Assembly (NCBI GenBank): GCA_963675495.1
Contig: OY776215.1
Location: 2,368,001-2,432,000, forward strand
Length of the DNA: 64,000 nucleotides
Source of the DNA: an uncultured Methanolobus sp.
Lineage (GTDB): Archaea > Halobacteriota > Methanosarcinia > Methanosarcinales > Methanosarcinaceae
Direction: 5' to 3'
In this document: positions 35,132 to 45,500 of the stretch, one piece after another
Position numbering within the stretch: position 1 is the first letter of the stretch
Layout: each line of letters starts with the position of its first letter
Notes under the pieces: model-generated
The model's input: the letters and a program-made list of their open reading frames with translations, nothing else
The model's database searches: none
Told to the model about the DNA's origin: nothing
Position numbers and translations under genes: made by a program

Positions 35132-35914
35132 ATGCCAGTACTGACTTTCATTGCCTGTAGAATGTTTGAAGATGAGATTGTCCATATAATTGAAAAAGAT
35201 AATTCAATTAACAGTTTGTTGGTCGTTGATAACGATGATTGTGCAGGACTCACGGGTAAACTGGACAATGCCGGTTGTGGATATACTCTTGTTTCAGAAG
35301 ACAGTTTATCAGTACATCTGAAAGATGATGATTATACCATAATTGTCGAAATACTGGAGATGGCTTTACATGCCAAGCCTGAGAATCTCAAAAAGGTCGT
35401 TTACGACAAAACTCGTGAAATGTCAGAGTACTCAGATGGTATTCTCCTGTTCTACGGTCTCTGTGGTAATGTTCTGGGTAAAGTCGATGAAGAACTTGCT
35501 AATCTTCCATGTCCTGTTCGCATACTCAAAGAGGACAATGGGGATGTTATAGACGATTGCATTGGTGCGGTACTGGGCGGCAGGGCTGCATATCTTGAGA
35601 AATTGACAAGTTTTCATGGTGTTGGTACTTTCTTCATGACTCCAATGTGGGCAGCCCACTGGCGTGAGATGCTTGTTTCGGCAGGTATGACTCCAGATTC
35701 TGGTGATACCAAACTTTCAAAGTTTGTTTTTGATTATGCAGGATACAAGAATGTTGCTAAAATGGACACGGGTCTTCATTATGAAAAACAGTTCGATTCC
35801 ATGGTAAATGAATTTGCAAGGCTCTTTGATTTCAATTTAATTGAAATGAAAGCAGGCCCGCAGTTAATGGTGCGCTGCTATGAACAATTGAAGGATAAAA
35901 TTATTTCTGGTTAG
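35132..35914 (+). CDS. DUF1638 domain protein
   Basis: IAC..FEDE, ALH..P..L, LFYGLCGN, DDCI..VLGG. Confidence 0.8.
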   Translation: MPVLTFIACRMFEDEIVHIIEKDNSINSLLVVDNDDCAGLTGKLDNAGCGYTLVSEDSLSVHLKDDDYTIIVEILEMALHAKPENLKKVVYDKTREMSEYSDGILLFYGLCGNVLGKVDEELANLPCPVRILKEDNGDVIDDCIGAVLGGRAAYLEKLTSFHGVGTFFMTPMWAAHWREMLVSAGMTPDSGDTKLSKFVFDYAGYKNVAKMDTGLHYEKQFDSMVNEFARLFDFNLIEMKAGPQLMVRCYEQLKDKIISG

Positions 35915-36004
35915 AATTGAATATTTGTACTGATTATTTTCACTCAAAAAATAAATGGATAACTTATCATTATCCACTATTCAGGATTATGTTGTAAAGG
36001 AGCT

Positions 36005-36247
36005 TTATTCTCCTTTGCTGTATGTCCTCACAGATTCAATTTTGTCCCAGTCAAAGTAGGTATTGATCTTCTGACCGGTCTCTTCTTCTGTGATACGTAC
36101 GAACTGTTCCCCAAGGAAAATAACTGCTTTAGCGTAAATTTTTCCTTCGTTTACCTGAATATTCACTCCTTCTCTGAGTTTTCTGGACATCGTTCCATGA
36201 AGTGGGGATGATGCATACTCGAATACCTTTTCCCATGTGTCTTTCAT
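36005..36247 (-). CDS. Conserved-looking hypothetical protein (80 aa)
   Basis: GAGGTGA RBS before ATG 36247; MKDTWEKVFEYASSPLHGTMSRKLR...YFDWDKIESVRT. Confidence 0.75.
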   Translation of the reverse strand: MKDTWEKVFEYASSPLHGTMSRKLREGVNIQVNEGKIYAKAVIFLGEQFVRITEEETGQKINTYFDWDKIESVRTYSKGE

Positions 36248-36470
36248 TTTTTCACCTCTCAATTCAAAATGGTCTTTTCAAATCATTTCATGCATATTTA
36301 TTATGCATACGGATTCCTATGTGCTACTATGTTTTATAAAAACTTATCTACAAATTCAGCAAAAATAATTTAATAATATTTGCGCACAATTTCAGAAAAG
36401 AGTATGAATGGCTTAATTTGAAAGAGCCAATCTATATCTGAAAATAAAGAGGAAGTGGTAAATATCGTAG

Positions 36471-36794
36471 TTATTCCAGATACTCATCCCTTCGCGGTGA
36501 AAAAACTTCCACAGCCATGGAATCTTCAAGTATCTCAGCACAATGTGATACATTTGATGGTATGTTCCAGGAATCTCCGGGCACCACCTCATGTGTTTTA
36601 CCTCCGATGGTAAGCAACATCTTTCCTGTGATCATATATCCTGTCTGTTCATGGATATGCACATGTGCCGGGAGTATACTTCCCTTCTGTAAAATGAATT
36701 CTGTCATGAGTGTTTTTTCTCCGTGAACAGTTGTTTTCATTTTTATTCCGGGAAGTACTTCTTTGTAATCGGACTCATTGTGCTTGCTGAACAT
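36471..36794 (-). CDS. Cupin domain protein
   Basis: PAHVHIHEQ...G, PGDSWNIPSNVSH, EVFSP.R; start uncertain. Confidence 0.88.
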   Translation of the reverse strand: MFSKHNESDYKEVLPGIKMKTTVHGEKTLMTEFILQKGSILPAHVHIHEQTGYMITGKMLLTIGGKTHEVVPGDSWNIPSNVSHCAEILEDSMAVEVFSPRRDEYLE

Positions 36795-36852
36795 GAATAA
36801 GTTTAACATGTTCTGGTAATTTATTCTTTTTCGTCGTGGCATTAAAAATTAG

Positions 36853-36877
36853 TGAAAGGTGACTATTTCACCTTTCA
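36853..36877 (-). terminator. Perfect 10-bp stem-loop downstream of the 73-aa ORF
   Basis: TGAAAGGTGA-CTATT-TCACCTTTCA; T-rich run follows on the minus strand. Confidence 0.55.
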
Positions 36878-36889
36878 TATGAGCTATAT

Positions 36890-37111
36890 TCACTGAATTG
36901 GTAATTGTGCCATATTTCTTACTTTTGTTTTTGTGGCTCCATCAAGGTTATTAATAGATGATGATTCCAAAGTCTTTGTATAATGGAACTTTTTTTCAGA
37001 TATAATTTCAGAAGCCGTTGATTTGCAGGATTCATCTGAACGATCTGTTGTACTCCACACTCTTAGATGCCTAAAGCGTTGATGTGTTCTTCTTGATAGT
37101 TTCCACCTCAT
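36890..37111 (-). CDS. Small basic hypothetical protein (73 aa)
   Basis: GGAGG 7 nt before ATG; hairpin right after the stop; no recognised family. Confidence 0.45.
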   Translation of the reverse strand: MRWKLSRRTHQRFRHLRVWSTTDRSDESCKSTASEIISEKKFHYTKTLESSSINNLDGATKTKVRNMAQLPIQ

Positions 37112-37556
37112 GAAATAGCCTCCATTTTTGAAGATGAGTTATTAGCTCACCATTTGATTTTATGGTGGGTCCCCACGACCTACTTAATGTTCATATTTTT
37201 GACATATAAAATAAACTGATGTTAATTTCACATACTAATGTGTTTTTTAATGGTTCAAAGACAAGTGACCTATCTTAATTCAATTTACAATAAATTCAAA
37301 TAATAAGAAATTTTATTTCAAATATTTTGATGGAGCATAGTCTACCATTATATGTAATAACTATTATATATTATGCTCATAATATAAAGGGTCAAATAAA
37401 AATAAAACATAGTTTTGATTTGAAGTATTCATGCTTAAAGTGTAGTTGATAATCAAAGGAAATCAAAAGTTAATCTTTGTTGTGAGCAATGCTCAATTTA
37501 AATTAAGAAAAGAGGTTCATTGAATACATTGGTTTATTTTAATAGAAAGGTGTTGT

Positions 37557-39299
37557 ATGGTTACTGAAATACTTATAGCTCTGGTAAATAATGCAGCTTT
37601 ACTTCTTGCTATAGGTGTTCTGTACGAAGTTCTTTTCTTCAATATGGATACTAACACACTGTCAAAAAGTGTGGCTGCGGGGATTACTATTGGTCTCATA
37701 GGTATTGCCTTGATGCTGAATCCATGGGAACTTTCCCCCGGATTATTCTTCGATACACGTACTATTCTGCTAAGCATAGTCGGGCTTTTCTTTGGTTTTG
37801 TTCCCGCATTTGTTGGAGCATTAATCATCATTTTTTACCGTATCTATGAGGGCGGTGTTGGAACAATTGTTGGTATTGCCACAACATTAAGTTCTATGAC
37901 AATGGGGTTACTTTGGAGGCGTTTCCATGAAATATTTCAAAAAAAGTTTGGCATATTTGATTTATATATATTAGGTATTCTTGTCCACATTGTCATGCTC
38001 ATGTGTATTTTGTTACTTCCTTTATCGAATGCCTTCGAAGTTCTGAAATATATCAGTTTTCCAGTAATGTTAATTTATCCGATTGGAACTGTATTACTAG
38101 GAAATCTTCTGAAAAATCAACTATCACGTAAAAAAGCAAAAGAAGCACTGAAACAAACAGAATTGAAGTATCGACAGGCGTACAATCTCATGCAGGATGT
38201 GATTGAAAGCCCGAAAGATGTTATCATATTTGCTATTGACAGGGAATACAAATACATTGCCTTCAACAAAAATCATCAGGTAACAATGGAGCGTATATGG
38301 GATGCCAGGATCGAGGTTGGTGCTAGCATGCTCAGTTACATCATGGATCCTGATGATAGGGGGAAAGCAAAAGTGAATTTCGACAGGGCACTCGCTGGTG
38401 AAGCTTTTACTATTGTTGAAGAATATGGAAATGTTGACATCGAAAGAAGATGGTATGAGAATGTCTATAGTCCTCTTGAGGATGGCGAAGGAAATGTTAT
38501 TGGTCTCACATTGTTCCTGACAGACATCAGTGGACGTAAAGAGAATGAAATGGCTCTTGTCAAGGCTAAACTTCTTGCTGAAGAATCAAGTCGCACCAAA
38601 TCTGAATTTTTAGCAAATATGAGCCATGAGTTACGTACGCCACTGAATTCGGTCATTGGTTTTTCTCAAGTTTTGATTGATAAGATATCAGGTGATTTGA
38701 ATGAAATGCAAATTAATTATGTATCTAATATACAAAGAAGTGGGAACCATCTGCTGGAAGTTATAACTGATATACTCGATATGTCTAAAATTGAATCTGG
38801 GATCATTGAATATGAACCTGAAATAATAAATATTCAACAAATAATAGACGAAGTTGGGTCGCTAATGGGACCCATGATCAAAAAGAAATTTATTAATTTT
38901 GAAACTAATATAGAAGTGGAATCTCTGGAAATATATGGTGATGAAATAAAAATCAAACAAGTTATGTTAAACCTTCTTAGTAATGCAATCAAATTTACAC
39001 ATGAAGGCGGCAAAGTTTTGATTGATGTAACAAAAATGGACGATACTATTCAGATTTCAGTATCAGATACTGGTATCGGCATTCCTTTGGAAGAACAAAA
39101 AGTGATATTCAATCCATTTAAACAAGTTAATTCATCTGCAAATCGTGTTCATGGCGGAACTGGATTAGGACTTGCAATTGTTAAACATTATGTTGAGATG
39201 CACTCTGGGGAAGTACATGTTGAAAGTGAAGTGGGGAAGGGAAGTATATTCACGTTCACAATACCAATTGTGTATCCGATTGAAAAAAATACTTTATAG
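37557..39299 (+). CDS. Membrane sensor histidine kinase (LytS/5TMR-LYT - PAS - HisKA - HATPase)
   Basis: PGLFFDTR...GLFFG TM domain, FLANMSHELRTPLN, NAIKFT, GTGLGL. Confidence 0.92.
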   Translation: MVTEILIALVNNAALLLAIGVLYEVLFFNMDTNTLSKSVAAGITIGLIGIALMLNPWELSPGLFFDTRTILLSIVGLFFGFVPAFVGALIIIFYRIYEGGVGTIVGIATTLSSMTMGLLWRRFHEIFQKKFGIFDLYILGILVHIVMLMCILLLPLSNAFEVLKYISFPVMLIYPIGTVLLGNLLKNQLSRKKAKEALKQTELKYRQAYNLMQDVIESPKDVIIFAIDREYKYIAFNKNHQVTMERIWDARIEVGASMLSYIMDPDDRGKAKVNFDRALAGEAFTIVEEYGNVDIERRWYENVYSPLEDGEGNVIGLTLFLTDISGRKENEMALVKAKLLAEESSRTKSEFLANMSHELRTPLNSVIGFSQVLIDKISGDLNEMQINYVSNIQRSGNHLLEVITDILDMSKIESGIIEYEPEIINIQQIIDEVGSLMGPMIKKKFINFETNIEVESLEIYGDEIKIKQVMLNLLSNAIKFTHEGGKVLIDVTKMDDTIQISVSDTGIGIPLEEQKVIFNPFKQVNSSANRVHGGTGLGLAIVKHYVEMHSGEVHVESEVGKGSIFTFTIPIVYPIEKNTL

Positions 39300-39404
39300 T
39301 AATATGAATGTTCCCATGTCTCATACTCTTTCCATGATATATGATATGAACAATGTTTTGTCATAATATTGCAGTTTTTTTACTATGGGGTAAAGTTAGT
39401 TAAT

Positions 39405-41411
39405 TTACGTGTCATCTGATGACCCTTTGAATAGTTCCCTTATTCCGTGTAGGTTCTCTGGTTTTCCAAAGACGATGCAACTATCACCTGAATATATGGG
39501 GATATCACCATCCGGATTTGTGATGGTTTCATCATCTCTATGTATGGCAAGAACAGTTGCCTTATGCTTTGTTCTTAGATTGAGTTCTTTGAGTGTTCTT
39601 CCGTCAACAGCGCAGCTTTCTCCAATTTTAAAGGTACTTACTTCCATACCTGGAAGCTCATCTTTTAAGTTAAAGCTCCTTTCCTGTTCCTCTGAATAAG
39701 ATTTTCTCAACATGCAGTATCCATTTGCCCGTATTTCTCTGGTAAATTTATCTATGTCGTCCTCAGGAACAAGGTACTTCTTTAGCAGGCGAACAAATAT
39801 CTCAACAGATGTTTCGTATTCCTCTGGTATTACTTCATCTGCACCAAGATCGTTGAGTATTTTCATTTCACTTATGTAACGGGTTCTGGCGATGATGTAT
39901 ATATCTGGATTCAGCCTTTTTGCCGTATCAATTATCTTTCTTGTGGCGACAAGATCCGATATACCTATTATCAGTATTCTTGCAGAATCAATGTTTGTAG
40001 AATTAAGCACCGCCTCATGGCTTGCGTCACCATAGTGTATATTTTCACCTTTTTTCTTTTCCTGACGTACCGTTTCAGGGTTTGTATCTATTATCACATA
40101 GGATATTCCTGCATTCCTTGCTGCATGTGATAAGGTCTTACCGTTGAATCCATATCCAATTATGATCAGATGGTCCTTTATTTTTTCATCTTCATTCTTT
40201 GCAGTGAGTCTACTTGCGTAGAATCCATTGATGAGTTTCTGGAATGGGACTGTCTTGATTACCTTGTCTGAAATTCCATTTGAAGATGCTGTTATGAAGG
40301 GAGTTAGTGCCATTGTGATGATGGAAACTGCCAGGAATTGCTGGTACATATTCTGGTCAAGAAGGGAATATTCAAGACCGACAGTTGAGAGTACGAATGA
40401 GAACTCTCCTACCTGTGCAAGTGTCAGCCCTGTGATGATTATTGTACGCAGTGGGTATCCCAGGATTAATGTTGCAAAACCAGCGGTGGCAGATTTTATA
40501 ATTACCACAGCAAGTGCCAGAACAAGCAGATAAACTAAATTACTTGTAAAGAAACTGATTTCCAATAGCATGCCGATGGAAACAAAGAAAAAACTCATGA
40601 AGATGTCCCTAAATGGCATTATGTTGCCCATGGCCTGATGGCTGTACTCTGATTCTGAAATTATAAGACCTGCCATGAAAGCTCCAAGGGCAAGTGATAG
40701 TCCTATACTGGAAGTGAGCCAGGCGGTAGCCAGACAAATAAATACGATGCTCAAAAGGAACAATTCCCTGTTCCTTGTTTTTACTATGTGGAACAGCAGG
40801 GCCGGAATTATCCATCTTGCACTTGCAATGACCAGTGCTATTGTCCCAATGGCTTTGAGCAGGAATAAGGGCAATGTGTCAATGGATTCTGTAGATGCAC
40901 CTGCTATGATTGGTGTTATAAGTATCATCGGGACGATGATCACGTCCTGAAATATCAGTATTCCAAGTGATGTTTTTCCGTGTGGCGTGTCAATCTCTGC
41001 TTTTTCCTGAAGTAGCTTGAGAACGATAGCCGTACTGCTCAATGATATGAGAAAACCAATGAATAGTGCTGTTCCTGAGCTTAGACCAAAAAAGATACAA
41101 ATATAGTAAACTACCAGGATCGTTGTTGTTACCTGCAGGGTTCCGCCAAGCAGTACTGACCTTTTTATATCCCAGAGTTCCTTGATAGACATTTCTACGC
41201 CGATAGTAAAGAGAAGAAGAATAATACCTATCTCTGCAAGTGCTTCTACTTCATGTACACTGCTGATTATTCCTAGCCAGTGTGGGCCTGCCAGCATACC
41301 AGTTACAAGGAATCCCAATACTGAGGGCAGTTTCATCCTGTTGAACAATAGCAATATGATTATAGAGAGTCCGAAAATTATCCCGATATCCGTGAACAAA
41401 GTTAATTCCAT
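39405..41411 (-). CDS. CPA2 cation:proton antiporter with RCK-N and RCK-C domains (Kef-like)
   Basis: LSSTAIV, LIFQD, LAQVGEFSFVL, IIGYGFNG, YGDAS. Confidence 0.92.
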   Translation of the reverse strand: MELTLFTDIGIIFGLSIIILLLFNRMKLPSVLGFLVTGMLAGPHWLGIISSVHEVEALAEIGIILLLFTIGVEMSIKELWDIKRSVLLGGTLQVTTTILVVYYICIFFGLSSGTALFIGFLISLSSTAIVLKLLQEKAEIDTPHGKTSLGILIFQDVIIVPMILITPIIAGASTESIDTLPLFLLKAIGTIALVIASARWIIPALLFHIVKTRNRELFLLSIVFICLATAWLTSSIGLSLALGAFMAGLIISESEYSHQAMGNIMPFRDIFMSFFFVSIGMLLEISFFTSNLVYLLVLALAVVIIKSATAGFATLILGYPLRTIIITGLTLAQVGEFSFVLSTVGLEYSLLDQNMYQQFLAVSIITMALTPFITASSNGISDKVIKTVPFQKLINGFYASRLTAKNEDEKIKDHLIIIGYGFNGKTLSHAARNAGISYVIIDTNPETVRQEKKKGENIHYGDASHEAVLNSTNIDSARILIIGISDLVATRKIIDTAKRLNPDIYIIARTRYISEMKILNDLGADEVIPEEYETSVEIFVRLLKKYLVPEDDIDKFTREIRANGYCMLRKSYSEEQERSFNLKDELPGMEVSTFKIGESCAVDGRTLKELNLRTKHKATVLAIHRDDETITNPDGDIPIYSGDSCIVFGKPENLHGIRELFKGSSDDT

Positions 41412-41647
41412 GATAAGACCACAACTTCAATTATTACTATAAATAATTTCATATTAACAGAGGTTGCCTTAATATAAAATAAGTTGTGACTGGATGACAT
41501 TCCTGGAAGATTGCACGGTAGAAGATAAGTTCTTCAAAATCATGGAGGATGTGAACAGTATCTGCTCAACACTGGATTGTTCGATGGAGATGGTGTAAAT
41601 GAGTCATATCTATGGACGTTGAACATAAAAATAGTAAAAAACACTGG

Positions 41648-43018
41648 TCAGTGCTCTTTGCGTCTTTTTCTTTTCCTATACAAAGCAAATGCAGCCATTG
41701 TTATCAGTGAAACTGATGCAAGTATTCCAAATCCTGGTGTTGATGTTTCGTCCTTACTACTAATTCCTGTTCCTTCTTCTATAACAGAGCCTAACAAAGT
41801 TTCTGCCATATCAAGGTTATCTGTGGCACGTTTCATATTATGAATTCCAAAGCTGCCGTCAGATTCCACTTCGCTTATGTAGAACAGTGCATTGTTGTAG
41901 TTTTCAAGTTGTGCATCATAACTTGCATTGTTGCTTATCATTGTAAGGGCCATGCTTGCATTTTCTTCAAGGACTTCCAGTTCTTTGAGTTTATTTTTAA
42001 TCGTTTCCTGATTTAAATCTAAAATGTTTGAAAGGGATACATCATGGCAGTCATCGCACTCGTTGTCCACCGGGACATCGTCATGGGACATAACATGGCA
42101 TTTTTTGCATATGTTGCCAGAATTGGGATCAGAAAGTAATGTCGGTTCGAAATTGAATGAGTGTCCTGTATTTGTTATTTCATCTTCTTTTGTCATCATT
42201 GCCATGTGACAATCAATACAGCCAAGGTTGACTGCATGCACCCCGTTGGTGTATATTGACCCGTTGTACATTTCCCACTGTGTGTACCTTACAATGGTTG
42301 TGTTCCCGTCCGGTTCAGCACCGGCGGAATTATGGCAGCTTGCACATAGTTGTGTTGGTGTGGTTCTTATCTTGGTGCTATGTGGATTATGGCATACAAT
42401 GCAGGTAATCCTCCATTCAGTTATGTCCTCTGTATCCGGCATACTGGCCTGGCTTCTGCCATATGGGTCAACATTTCCAATGTTCATCATGGCACCTTCA
42501 GTGCTCTTGCAGGATACACAGGTGCTCCGGTTAAGCACTATTTTGTCTTCAATATCAGATGGCTCCGAATGACTCGCCATCGTTTCCGGATCGAACTCAA
42601 TGCTATCGTATTCGTTCCACTCTTTGTAGACTTCTTCATGTTGTCCTGTATGGCAGTCTCCACAAAGTTCTGCAGATATGTTTGACTGTGGTATTGTTTC
42701 AGAAGGGTTTATGGTATGTGCGTCAAAACCCTCCACAGGAGGCTGGTGACACATTTCGCATTCAGGTGATTCCCACACCACTTCTCCATACTATTTGATG
42801 TATAGGCGTGCTGTACTGGCTCTGTGGCAGGGTAAGCATGATTCTGCATCTGGATTTTCACTACTTAACACTGGTTCGGCGTAGTGACGGGATCCATTCC
42901 ATGCATCATATTCTTCCAGATGGCAAATTTCACAATCTTCTGTCAATGCTGCAGTTACAACTGTTCCTGATAAAACAGCTAATAAAAGAGCAATAAAACC
43001 CCCAGTTACTGATTTCAT
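41648..43018 (-). CDS. Multiheme cytochrome c (9 CxxCH + 1 CxxCK) with PGF-CTERM anchor, in-frame TAG at 42791-42793
   Basis: ORFs 42791..43033 and 41648..42781 share a frame, joined by TAG TAT GGA GAA; signal peptide only in the first part, anchor only in the second. Confidence 0.85.
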
Positions 43019-43211
43019 AGCTATCACCCACACTTCTGTAATAAAAGATGTAAATGTCCGGTATATAGGTGTTTGTATGGATATTATGAAATAAACAGAT
43101 CAACGGGGGGATGTGGTGCAACGGAATATGAATTTAAAAAAGGGTATTGGCAAAGTATACGAATACTCTACCTTGAGTTGAAATGTAAATTGAATATCAG
43201 ATCAAATGCGT

Positions 43212-43442
43212 CTAATATCTCTTTGGTGGTCTGTGGTTCTGGAAGCATTCCCTGCAGTACACAGGTCTGCCTTCGGTTGGCTTAAAAGGTACTTCGGTTT
43301 CCTGTTTGCAGTCTGCACAGATTGCCTTGTGCATCTCTCTTGGACCGCTGGATCTGAAGTTTCCTCCGCCGTTTCCGCCTCTGAATCCGCCCTGATTCCT
43401 GTCGTTTCCGCCTCTGAATCCACCGCTTCTATTGTCTCTCAT
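43212..43442 (-). CDS. CxxC-x17-CxxC zinc-finger protein with RGG-rich N-terminus
   Basis: PREMHKAICADCKQETEVPFKPTEGRPVYCRECF; GGFRGGN repeated. Confidence 0.9.
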   Translation of the reverse strand: MRDNRSGGFRGGNDRNQGGFRGGNGGGNFRSSGPREMHKAICADCKQETEVPFKPTEGRPVYCRECFQNHRPPKRY

Positions 43443-43957
43443 TTATTTGATTTCCTTTGTTGTTTATTTGACCTGTTAACTTCGAGTTAAGATATTTCGC
43501 ATGATTCGTTCTATTTGATTCTTACCAAGTCTACAATTTTGCAGCCGGAACAAACCCACTAATCATAGGATACAAGCGATTGTATTATTTCTCTTGTTAT
43601 GTCTTTGATTGTGACAATGTAGCAGTTTCTATTGAGAAGGGAACCTTTTCCCGTATCTATACGACGCATTCTTTATTTTAGCAATTAACCTAAAAGAAAT
43701 GGCCAAATGGAATTTACTCTTTCTTAACCCGCCTGTAAGTTAACTGTCAATTCAAAATTAAGATTCACAAATATAAATAGCTATGCTTATTTGCTTCAGG
43801 ATGGATTGTATGGATTTTGAAAGAAAGGCTAATCATTATTCTTTTCAATTTTCAGCTTGCATCTATTTTTTTGTTCTATATAAGTGCTCATAAAAAATCA
43901 GATTTAAGTACGAATAATTAATAATGTAATCGAATAGCATTTATTTTGGTGGTATGA

Positions 43958-45259
43958 ATGAAATACAAAAACATAATAACGATATTATTGGCTGTGACTA
44001 TCCTCTTTTCAGGAATGGCTGCAGCAGTAACACTGACCGTTGACGGCAGTGGCGGACAGGATTATCTTACTATTTCTGATGCAGTGAATAATTCTGTTGG
44101 AGATGACATAATTCTTGTGTATCCAGGCGACTATAAGGAAAACGTTGTTATTAGCCATAATCTTTCGATAAAGGGCAAATCAGGCAATCCAGATGATGTT
44201 TCGATAATGGGTTTATCAAGTACTCTAGGTGATGTAACTGCAATGATAGATGATCATATTTTCTCAATTGTTCAGGGCAATGTCACCATCTCCAACGTTT
44301 CGATCAAAGAATATGATGATTACCCACTTCTGGGTTCAATTGATGATGACCGCAGAGCTATCTCTCTCTTTGGTGATGGTGCAAGTGTTACTTTGACCAA
44401 TAGTGTAGTTTCAGGATTCGGACTGGCCGTCGCAGCAACTACTGGCACAGATGCAAAACTGATCAATAATTCCTTTTATGATAATATACAGGCATTCGTT
44501 GGTACAAAATACGCTGTTCCAATAGCTTCTGATATAAGGCCTAGTGATAATCCGGTTGAATTTTCTGTTGTTAACAACAGTTTTTACCAGAATTTTGAAT
44601 GCATCTTTGTAGAACACGGTAACGAAGGATTAATAGCAGACAATGAGTTTGCAGATAATAATCTTGTGATACGCTTAGGTGGTTGCAATGCTAACACAAT
44701 TGAAAATAACACTTTTCAGAACAATTTAGATTCAATTGGGCTCTATGGTTCTTCCGGTGATATAAGAGGTAACTTGATCTTAGGGAACGTTTATGGTGTG
44801 TACGTTGATGATTCTTCTGCACAAATTACAGGGAACATTATATCTGACAACGGAATTGGTATCACGATGGGACGTACTGATGATTTGGAGGAAGTCATTG
44901 TCTATGATAATTACTTTGATAACGATGTCAATCAGGATGATCAAACTGGTGTTATCATCTGGAACACAACAAAGACAGAGGGAACCAACATCATAGGTGG
45001 TCCATATATCGGTGGTAACTATTGGTCAGATTATGAAGGAGTAGACACCGACAATGACGGGCTTGGTAACACACGACTACCTCACAATGGTGATATGTTG
45101 CCGCTGACGGAAGCAGGTTATTTTGAGGATGATGTTCCTGAAGACGATACTCCTGATGACGAGGTACCGGTTGAACAGATTCCGGAGTTCCCAACAATTG
45201 CACTTCCGATGCTGGCTATTATGGGAATTGCACTTGTTTTCGTGAGAAGGAAAGAGTGA
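43958..45259 (+). CDS. Secreted NosD/CASH beta-helix protein with PEF-CTERM
   Basis: Signal peptide, DYLTISDAV...ILVYPGDYKENV, Asn-ladder repeats, NIIGGPYIGGNYW, IPEFPTIALP tail. Confidence 0.9.
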   Translation: MKYKNIITILLAVTILFSGMAAAVTLTVDGSGGQDYLTISDAVNNSVGDDIILVYPGDYKENVVISHNLSIKGKSGNPDDVSIMGLSSTLGDVTAMIDDHIFSIVQGNVTISNVSIKEYDDYPLLGSIDDDRRAISLFGDGASVTLTNSVVSGFGLAVAATTGTDAKLINNSFYDNIQAFVGTKYAVPIASDIRPSDNPVEFSVVNNSFYQNFECIFVEHGNEGLIADNEFADNNLVIRLGGCNANTIENNTFQNNLDSIGLYGSSGDIRGNLILGNVYGVYVDDSSAQITGNIISDNGIGITMGRTDDLEEVIVYDNYFDNDVNQDDQTGVIIWNTTKTEGTNIIGGPYIGGNYWSDYEGVDTDNDGLGNTRLPHNGDMLPLTEAGYFEDDVPEDDTPDDEVPVEQIPEFPTIALPMLAIMGIALVFVRRKE

Positions 45260-45372
45260 ATTTAGTTACTCATTCCTTTTTCTTTTTTTTAATAGAATGA
45301 TTTTTCTCACTTGTGCTTTAGTTTAATTTCCGATTTATGCCCTAAGCTAAACACAGCATGACATTGTCTAAG

Positions 45373-45444
45373 TGGACTCGGCGGGATTTGAACCCGCGGC
45401 CTTTACGTTGCGAACGTAACGATCTTCCCCTGATCTACAAGCCC
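45373..45444 (-). tRNA. tRNA-Ala(CGC)
   Basis: GGGCTTGTAGATCAGGGGAAGATCGTTACGTTCGCAACGTAAAGGCCGCGGGTTCAAATCCCGCCGAGTCCA; cloverleaf, anticodon CGC, G3:U70, CCA not fully encoded. Confidence 0.96.
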
Positions 45445-45500
45445 TAAAAAGTTATAATGTTTGGAAATTAATAAAAAAAAGAAAAAGTAAATGAGAGGTT

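Noticed and set aside
41494-41598. 34-aa ORF MTFLEDCTVEDKFFKIMEDVNSICSTLDCSMEMV
   Set aside because: No RBS or recognisable motif; cannot be told from chance or a gene remnant.
41648-42781. Treating the 377-aa cytochrome ORF as an independent gene starting at GTG
   Set aside because: A GGAG lies just upstream, but the product would lack a signal peptide needed for export and heme attachment; in-frame fusion with the upstream ORF is more coherent.
28600-45373. Whole accessory segment as an island integrated at tRNA-Ala
   Set aside because: The tRNA 3' end faces this region, but I found no duplicated tRNA 3' fragment and no integrase; the genes look like ordinary Methanosarcinales accessory genes.
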